The notes below the pieces were generated by a model, which was not told the DNA's origin, did no database searches, and saw only the letters and a list, made by a program, of their open reading frames with translations. A stretch of DNA of 64,000 bases. It comes from Candidatus Melainabacteria bacterium 17Bon1m (GTDB lineage Bacteria; Cyanobacteriota; Vampirovibrionia; Obscuribacterales; Obscuribacteraceae). Location: the NCBI GenBank assembly GCA_032128875.1, contig JAVLKG010000003.1:888974-952973 (forward strand), read 5' to 3'. Both the position numbers and the translations under genes were made by a program. How positions within the stretch are numbered: the stretch's first letter is position 1; each line of letters starts with the position of its first letter. Positions 57,779 through 64,000 of the stretch are shown one piece after another.

Positions 57779-58561
57779 CTAGCCCTTATTTTCCATTGCC
57801 ACATCGTATGCAGGGCGGTCTTCAATGTGGCAGCGAACCTCTTCACGCCCTTTGATTACTTTCGCAGGCATACCGGCGACAACCATGCCTGGCGGTACAT
57901 CGTGGGTCACCACAGAGGCGCCTGCAACAACGCTCTTGGACCCGATGCGAACTCGCGGAAGTATAAGTACCTTGGCGCCAATGATGACACCTTTCTCAAG
58001 GTACGGACCTTCGCGCCCTTTCTGGCATGGCGGATGCATGCTGTCGACAGTGCAAGACATCGGATAGAAGTGCACGTCGTCTTCGCAGGTGGTGAATGTT
58101 GCTATGAACACATTATTGTGGAAACGGCAGTTGTTGCCGACGGTCATTTGACCATCGGATTGCGCCATTGTCCCGAACGAGCACATATCTCCGAAAATGC
58201 TCTTCTCGCGGATTACTGCCCGGTGACCGGTTTGAAAACCTTTGCCGATTTTGCAATCTGCATAAATGATTGTTCCCGAGCGGATTGTCGCGTTTTCACC
58301 AATCAGCAGAGATGGGTTTTTGTACGACGGGTCGCTCAAATATCCCGACAATCTTTCGCCTAGAATGCACTGCGAACCAACATATGAATTGGCACCCAGT
58401 TTTACGTTTTCATAGACAATCGCACCCGGCTCGATGATGCAGTTGTCGCCGATAGTGGCGCCTGCGTAAATCAGTGCTTCCTCGTGAATGCGGGTATTTG
58501 CACCAATCTTCGCATCTTTGCTGATGTGTTGGCTTCCGGTCGGACTGGTTTTTGTGCTCAT
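57779..58561 (-). CDS. Hexapeptide-repeat (left-handed beta-helix) sugar N-acetyltransferase
   Basis: KIGANT/TIGDNC/LIGENA repeats; IGAKVLILP, GASVVTHDVPP, VAGMPAK. Confidence 0.88.
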   Translation of the reverse strand: MSTKTSPTGSQHISKDAKIGANTRIHEEALIYAGATIGDNCIIEPGAIVYENVKLGANSYVGSQCILGERLSGYLSDPSYKNPSLLIGENATIRSGTIIYADCKIGKGFQTGHRAVIREKSIFGDMCSFGTMAQSDGQMTVGNNCRFHNNVFIATFTTCEDDVHFYPMSCTVDSMHPPCQKGREGPYLEKGVIIGAKVLILPRVRIGSKSVVAGASVVTHDVPPGMVVAGMPAKVIKGREEVRCHIEDRPAYDVAMENKG

Positions 58562-58607
58562 CGTTTTGCCGCAGGCTCCATTGCAGCGGCGAGGCTAAGC
58601 CTGCCGC

Positions 58608-59804
58608 TTATATGATGACCGGAGGCGTCGGAGCCACAACATGCGGCACCGCAACTTCACTGGTCATGATCTCGGTAATTGCTTGTCCGACTGCTTGAAT
58701 CTCCTGATCCTTGAGTTCGGGGAACATCGGCAGTGAGAGAACTTCACTAGCCAATCTTTCGGTGATCGGGAAATCGCCTTGCTTGTATCCGTAGCCTTGG
58801 AAGGCTTGTTGCAAGTGCAGCGGCACAGGGTAATAACACATAGAACCAATACCGCGTTGAGCCAGTCCATCGATCACCTGTTGGCGCATGGTGGCGCCAG
58901 TGGTGCCGAAGTTTGTTTCGAGAACGCGAATTGTATACTGGTGCCAGACGTGTCTGTAATCTGATTTGACTGCCGGATTGGGCAGGATGATGTTTGGCAC
59001 GTTTTTCAGAACTTCAAAGTACTTGCCTGCGATGGCGCGACGTTTTTCAGTCCAGTCATCGAGGTGTCGCAGCTTGGTGAGCAAAACTGCGGCTTGGATT
59101 TCGTCGAGACGGCTGTTGACACCTAGCTCTTCGTGGAAATAGCGTTGTTTTGAACCATGTGCTCTCAAGCAGCGCAAGCGCTCGGCCAGTTCATCACTGT
59201 CAGTGACGATCATGCCGGCATCGCCGCAAGCGCCCAGGTTCTTCGTCGGATAGAAGCTGATGCAGGCTGCATCGCCAAGGCATCCGGTGGGCTTACCTTT
59301 ATATGTTGCGCCAATTGCTTGAGCGTTGTCTTCAACGATCTTCAATGCATAACGGTCGGCGATTTCCTTGATCGGATCCATGTCCGAAGCCTGTCCGTAT
59401 AAGTGAACAGGAATGATCGCTTTGGCTTTAGGCGTAATTACTTTCTCGATTGCTTTTGGATCGATATTGAAAGTCTTTTCGTCCACATCGACAAACACCG
59501 GTTTTGCACCGTGCATGAGGATGGCTTCAATTGTGGCAGCGAAAGTAAATGGGGTGGTGATTACTTCATCACCGGGACCGATATCGAGCGCCCAGAGCGC
59601 CAGAATCAAGGCATCGGTTCCATTAGCTACGCCAATTCCATGTTTGACACCGCAAACTTTGGCGATTTGCTGCTCGAGGGTCTTATTCTTTTGACCCATG
59701 ATGTAATTGCCGCTGCGCAATACTTCTAAGACTGCGGCTTCCAGATCTGCGGCGATTTGAGGGTATTGCTCCTTGGCGGAGAAAATCGGGATATTGTTGC
59801 TCAT
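58608..59804 (-). CDS. DegT/DnrJ/EryC1/StrS sugar aminotransferase
   Basis: VANGTDAL, PVHLYGQ, EDNAQA, SFYPTKNLGACGDAG, NSRLDEIQAA. Confidence 0.95.
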   Translation of the reverse strand: MSNNIPIFSAKEQYPQIAADLEAAVLEVLRSGNYIMGQKNKTLEQQIAKVCGVKHGIGVANGTDALILALWALDIGPGDEVITTPFTFAATIEAILMHGAKPVFVDVDEKTFNIDPKAIEKVITPKAKAIIPVHLYGQASDMDPIKEIADRYALKIVEDNAQAIGATYKGKPTGCLGDAACISFYPTKNLGACGDAGMIVTDSDELAERLRCLRAHGSKQRYFHEELGVNSRLDEIQAAVLLTKLRHLDDWTEKRRAIAGKYFEVLKNVPNIILPNPAVKSDYRHVWHQYTIRVLETNFGTTGATMRQQVIDGLAQRGIGSMCYYPVPLHLQQAFQGYGYKQGDFPITERLASEVLSLPMFPELKDQEIQAVGQAITEIMTSEVAVPHVVAPTPPVII

Positions 59805-60020
59805 AACGAGTGTGCTTCCAGTCCTTTTTAACTCGGTCTGCCCGTGTTCGGAACTGGCACATACTATCCGGTCTGATCATGGCATCCAAGATGAAGTTGA
59901 TAAGAATGGACCATTAGACTGTCTGATATCGGTTTAATGTCTCAAAACACTAGCAGGCTGGATTTTGCGTCACTCGGTATCGAATATTAGAGTCTGTTAA
60001 ATCAAGTCCACAATCTTCTA

Positions 60021-60052
60021 CAAAAAAAGAAGGAGGACATTGTCCTCCTTCA
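60021..60052 (-). terminator. Intrinsic terminator of the H1-like/RHH gene
   Basis: AAGGAGGACA-T-TGTCCTCCTT preceded on + by an A-tract (U-tract on -). Confidence 0.75.
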
Positions 60053-60078
60053 ATAATGTGTCCTGTTTAACAGGGCGA

Positions 60079-60408
60079 TTAACGTTTGCCTTTTCCTGCT
60101 ACCGCTACGGTGCGGGAAAGTGCGTTGGTTACGAACAGGTTGAGGCTGACGCCTTCTTTTTCTGCGCGGTCAACGAGAGCTTGGTGGAGCGACTTGGGCA
60201 GACGCACCGTGAACTTGCCGCTGAACTTCGTGTAGTCGGAATCCGAGCGAGCTGCTGCGGGACGAGTAGCCTTAGCTGCATGCTTCGCTACGTTCTTGCG
60301 GGCAACAACTTTGCGAGCTGCAACTTTCTTGTGTGCCGGTTTCGCTGCTTTGGCCTTCGGAGCGGCTTTAGCTTTGGATTTGGCAGACTTACTCTTGGAA
60401 CTGGCCAT
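60079..60408 (-). CDS. Histone-H1-like Lys/Ala-rich N-terminus fused to a HicB-type ribbon-helix-helix domain
   Basis: KSKAKAAPKAKAAKPAHKKVAARKVVARK plus FSGKFTVRLPKSLHQALVDRAEKEGVSLN; AAGGAG RBS. Confidence 0.85.
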   Translation of the reverse strand: MASSKSKSAKSKAKAAPKAKAAKPAHKKVAARKVVARKNVAKHAAKATRPAAARSDSDYTKFSGKFTVRLPKSLHQALVDRAEKEGVSLNLFVTNALSRTVAVAGKGKR

Positions 60409-60540
60409 GATTCACTCCTTTTGCTTTGGGGATCTTTAGGCACTACTCGGGCAAAATTCCGATTGGTGCGCAAGGCAATTCGGCAAACCGAAATGCCCAG
60501 CCGGGCCGCCGAATATATGTCGGGCGACTCGCTAAGTTGG

Positions 60541-60583
60541 TATGCCACCTACCACCATTCTAGGTGGCATATAGATTGTACCA
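60541..60583 (-). promoter_or_regulatory. Extended -10 promoter followed by an 11-bp inverted repeat
   Basis: Minus strand TG-G-TACAAT, then TATGCCACCTA-N9-TAGGTGGCATA. Confidence 0.55.
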
Positions 60584-60889
60584 AAGGGTGCTATATCTCT
60601 AACCGTCGATTGGATATATTCTTCGCCGGTGATACCAGGGGTGATTGCGCAAACTCCGCTCCACAGCTGGTGCGCACCACTTTTGATGGCTGATACCACG
60701 AAGTTAAAAAGTTACAGAGTATTACCGATGGTGCCTTTTTTGAGCGGGATAAAACCCCCGAGCGTCAAATAAAGCCCTGGTTTTCAGTCCTTGGTGCAAA
60801 GTGGTGGCAAACAACTTCGGCCGGCCTGCCAACGATTTTTGACCAAGCATTCAATTTTCAGCAGGCCTCCGCAGGTGGTTCTTCATGGT

Positions 60890-60994
60890 GGTGCTGAATT
60901 CGGTGCGCAATTGGCTCCGAATCCGGTGCTAATTCGGTGCTAAACCTGGCCGAATAGCAGTATCAAATCCGGCGCTGAATCTGGTGGCGAATTA
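60890..60994. repeat. Degenerate 11-12-bp tandem repeat
   Basis: GGTGCTGAATTC, GGTGCGCAATT, GGCTCCGAATCC, GGTGCTAATTC, GGTGCTAAACCT, ..., GGCGCTGAATCT. Confidence 0.65.
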
Positions 60995-61338
60995 GCCTTT
61001 GGGGAAAGGACGAAACATCCTGATCGTGGAGCGCCAGAGGGGACGAAGAGGTCGGCCCTGTTTCTCTTTCAGCACTTGTCTGTTCTGGCTCAACGGGTAT
61101 CGGTCGGGGTGCCTGGGACTTGTCTGCAAACTCTTGCCGCCCTAATCATTGTCAGCTTGTCTGTCTTGTCAGGAATATTTGCGCCCAAAAGACTTCCAAA
61201 TGACGACTGGAATTGCCGTACGCATGTCTGGTATTCGGGACTTCCAAACTGGTTCCGACGCTGCAAAACCAATACGCGTACGCAGATGCCATGGTCCGAA
61301 ACGATAACAGGCGCACTATCTTCGTCGTCCTATGTGGA

Positions 61339-61475
61339 GCGGGTCGATGCCACCGGCGGTGGGGTGACACCAGGGGCGGAGTGGTATCGGGGGTGGGGTT
61401 GATACCGGCCGTGGGGTTGATACCGGCCGCGGGGTTGATACCAGCTGCGGAACTGATACCAGGGGCGGGGTGACA
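61339..61475. repeat. 17-18-bp G-rich minisatellite, about 7-8 units
   Basis: GTGGGGTTGATACCGGCC twice exactly (61393, 61411), then GCGGGGTTGATACCAGCT, GCGGAACTGATACCAGGG and decayed flanking units. Confidence 0.85.
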
Positions 61476-61699
61476 TGAACTACTCGTCGGCCATCGATTT
61501 CCATGCCAAATCCTATGAGCAAAACCTCACTCAGATTCGAAAGTGATAGTCGAAATAGTCGAATAGCTCTGTTTCAGACCGGTCGGTCTGCTCTACTGGA
61601 AGACCAGTAGGCTCAATCATTCGGGTGGTAGCCAAGGGAGGATTGGGTTTCCATTCTTTCGGCAGTGTATGATCCACCGGAAAGAATCTCTGGTGCTAT

Positions 61700-62809
61700 A
61701 TGGAAGTCCTGGTAGTAAAACTGAGCGCGATCGGTGATGTCGTTCACAGTTTGCCGGCCATTAGTTTGCTGAAACAACGCGTTCCTCAGGCCAAAATCAC
61801 CTGGGTCGTCGAACCCTTGTCTAAGGATTTGCTCCAGGGAAATCCTCTCGTTGAAAACGTTGTCGTTTTTGAGAAGAAGAAGTTCAAGTCCCTCTCTGCC
61901 AATGCCATCAAGGCTTTTGCCAGCGAATTGAAGCGGACGAAGTATGACTACGCTATCGATCTGCAAGGTCTTTTCAAGAGTGCTGCAATTTGCCGCGGCT
62001 CTGGCGCCCGCAGAATATTCGGATTTGCAGATGCGCGTGAGATGGCACCACTTATGTACACCGACCGAATCAAGACTGGTGACTATTACTCTTTTGATGA
62101 TCACGTAGTCCTGCACAACATGCGCCTTGCTAACGCTTTGGCTAACTCGATTACGGGAAAAAAAGCCGATGTTGGCGACGATCAAGCTTTAGCATCAGCA
62201 GCCAAATTTGTCTTGCCTTCCATTAATGATGCTTCGAGTCAAAAAATTGAAAAGCACTTCGCAGAAGAGCAGGCTGCTCACGGAATAGCTGGCTCGGAGC
62301 ATGCACCTCTGGTGGTGCTGATTCCAGGCACAACTTGGATTACGAAGATTTGGCCGATGCCATCATGGGCGACACTGGCTGAAAAGTTTGCGGCGAAAGG
62401 ATATCGAATTGCCCTGATTGGCTCAAAAGGAGAAGCGCAGACCAACAAAGAGCTTGCCGATAGTGTGCGTAAAAACGCTTCAGGAGCCAATGTAATAGAC
62501 ATCACAGGCAAAACAAGCCTTGTTGATTTGATGGCGTTGTTTTCGCGAGCACAGCTTGTCGTCGGCGGTGATACCGGACCCCTTCACCTCGCTGCTGCAG
62601 TTGCCGGACCTGCAATCGTAGGTGTTTATGGAAGCACTCCAATTGGTCGAAATGGTCCTTTTGGTGCACAATGTTCGACTGTCTCGACTGCGCTGGAATG
62701 CCAGCCCTGCTTTTCCTCTACTTGCAAGATTACGACCCTTGCATGTTTGAGAGAATTGAGTCCAGATGCGGTTTTCGCCAAATCTATGAGCGCCGTTGGA
62801 AATTGCTAG
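61700..62809 (+). CDS. waaC: LPS heptosyltransferase (GT9), WaaC-like
   Basis: VKLSAIGDVVHSLP, IDLQGLFKSA, KIWP, GGDTGPLHLAAA. Confidence 0.82.
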   Translation: MEVLVVKLSAIGDVVHSLPAISLLKQRVPQAKITWVVEPLSKDLLQGNPLVENVVVFEKKKFKSLSANAIKAFASELKRTKYDYAIDLQGLFKSAAICRGSGARRIFGFADAREMAPLMYTDRIKTGDYYSFDDHVVLHNMRLANALANSITGKKADVGDDQALASAAKFVLPSINDASSQKIEKHFAEEQAAHGIAGSEHAPLVVLIPGTTWITKIWPMPSWATLAEKFAAKGYRIALIGSKGEAQTNKELADSVRKNASGANVIDITGKTSLVDLMALFSRAQLVVGGDTGPLHLAAAVAGPAIVGVYGSTPIGRNGPFGAQCSTVSTALECQPCFSSTCKITTLACLRELSPDAVFAKSMSAVGNC

Positions 62810-62841
62810 GATGTTCTGGAAAACATACATATATAGGATGC

Positions 62842-62876
62842 AAAAAAGGGACCACATTCCTGTGACCCCTTCTTTT
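62842..62876. terminator. Bidirectional terminator-like hairpin
   Basis: AAAAAAGGG-ACCACA...TGTGA-CCCCTTCTTTT between convergent waaC and ndk. Confidence 0.6.
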
Positions 62877-62909
62877 GAATTCTGTAGAACTTGATTAGCT
62901 GGCTGGGGC

Positions 62910-63365
62910 TTATTCCCAGATCCACTTGTTCAAGCTGCCGCTCCACTCCACCAGCTCTTCTGGCTTGAAGAAGATGCCGATTTCACGCTGACCGTTTTCC
63001 GGACTGTCAGAGCCGTGCACGATATTGCGGCCGATTTCGACAGCCAGATCGCCGCGGATGGTTCCTGGGGCTGCGTCTGCGGGCTTGGTAGCGCCGATTG
63101 TTTGACGGGCGAGGGCAACTGCGTTTTTGCCTTCAAGCGCCATTGCAACGATCGGGCCAGAGGTGATGTAGCTGACCAAACCATCGTAAAACGGTTTTCC
63201 TTTGTGCTCACCATAGTGTTGCTCGGCCATCTCTTTGGTGACCTTCATGAATTTCATGCCGATGATCTTCAATCCACGCTTTTCAAAGCGTCCGACAACT
63301 TCGCCGATCAAAACACGCTCGACACCGTCCGGCTTCACTGCCACAAATGTACGTTCTGTTGCCAC
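62910..63365 (-). CDS. ndk: Nucleoside diphosphate kinase
   Basis: ERTFVAVKPDGV, HYGEHKGKPFY, PGTIRGD, NIVHGSDS; GTG start with AGGAG RBS. Confidence 0.97.
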   Translation of the reverse strand: MATERTFVAVKPDGVERVLIGEVVGRFEKRGLKIIGMKFMKVTKEMAEQHYGEHKGKPFYDGLVSYITSGPIVAMALEGKNAVALARQTIGATKPADAAPGTIRGDLAVEIGRNIVHGSDSPENGQREIGIFFKPEELVEWSGSLNKWIWE

Positions 63366-63566
63366 CTGAAAACTCCTTGATAAGACCTGTCGGGAAGACA
63401 CTCGCTCTCCCGGCCAATATGGCAAACCATCCTATTAGATCTGATCCCAGAGTTGCCCTAACTCATCCAGTGAAGTTAACAAAGCACCGAAAAATTTCGC
63501 CTAATCTTTGGTTGTCACGAGAATCGCGGCAGAAAATTTCCACCCGCCCCGGTAGATCCAAAACAG

Positions 63567-63587
63567 CGAATCGTTATCGATTCGGTT
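63567..63587. repeat. Palindromic dispersed repeat, copy 2
   Basis: CGAATCGTTATCGATTCGGTT, identical to 1456-1476. Confidence 0.75.
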
Positions 63588-63650
63588 TCAGCCAAATTAG
63601 CTGCAAGGCTCCTTTTAGTGAGCCTGTTTGCCTTTCAGATTTCGGTGCCT

Positions 63651-64000
63651 TTAGGTGGTCTTGATCAGTTTTGCGAATCTCGGGTCAAGAAGACGGCGGC
63701 CTGCCTCGTCAAATTCGACGTTGTAAAGCTCTTTGTCTTGATCGCCTATGACTTGAACAACTGTCCCGATTCCAAATTTGGCGTGTTGGACTTTGTCGCC
63801 CACAGCCAAGCGCTCGAAAGAAACAGGTGCGCTGGTTTCCTGTGAGTGTTGTGTTTTGGCTGGTGGCTGAGCATTCGGGTCCATGCGCATGGCGCGTGGT
63901 TTTGCCGGGGGCTGCGAAGAGCCGCTTCTTTGAGCTCCGCCGCCATACGAATTATTGGAGCCGTAGCCGCCTCCTCCACCGTAATTGTTAGGTCGCGAAT
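63651..64000 (-). CDS. pcrA: C-terminal end of PcrA/UvrD helicase (Tudor-like RNAP-interaction domain); partial
   Basis: VGDKVQHAKFGIGTV...VEFDEAGRRLLDPRFAKL; frame open to the window edge through a G/N/Y-rich linker. Confidence 0.75.
   Translation of the reverse strand, partial: SRPNNYGGGGGYGSNNSYGGGAQRSGSSQPPAKPRAMRMDPNAQPPAKTQHSQETSAPVSFERLAVGDKVQHAKFGIGTVVQVIGDQDKELYNVEFDEAGRRLLDPRFAKLIKTT

Noticed and set aside
60040-60693. 217-aa plus-strand ORF as HicA toxin or real gene
   Set aside because: It is the antisense shadow of the H1-RHH gene with no HicA (GSH) motif
61339-61475. CRISPR array
   Set aside because: Units are contiguous with no unique spacers, and there are no cas genes

Overview
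Gene-dense chromosomal window of about 50 CDS plus tRNA-Phe from a diderm (LPS-making) bacterium. Several proteins look cyanobacterial (SigG-like ECF sigma, TMEM14, LRV-repeat, PATAN/DUF4388 proteins), yet no photosynthesis genes are present. This suggests a non-photosynthetic cyanobacterial relative such as Vampirovibrionia/Melainabacteria, Obscuribacterales-like (inference only). Housekeeping content includes ribE-ribBA-ribH, a thiolase, ligA, a paaK/crotonase cluster, otsA, selB, a DegT/acetyltransferase/GT-C glycosylation operon, waaC, ndk and the 3' end of pcrA. The best candidate for an undescribed system is a five-gene divergent cell-envelope locus at 35.5-44.2 kb. One arm encodes an exported AMMECR1-domain protein, a thioester-intact alpha-2-macroglobulin and a VanW-domain protein; the other encodes a Tat-exported stand-alone PBP transpeptidase domain and a SpoIID/LytB lytic transglycosylase. 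Other notable items are a local ECF regulon readable from promoter motifs (otsA, LRV gene, the sigma itself), catalytically dead c-di-GMP receptor candidates, a histone-H1-like/RHH fusion next to a 1.3-kb repeat-rich intergenic region, an orphan VirB8-like protein and two small dispersed palindrome families. No CRISPR array, integrase or transposase was seen. All product calls come from reading motifs by eye; no database search was run.
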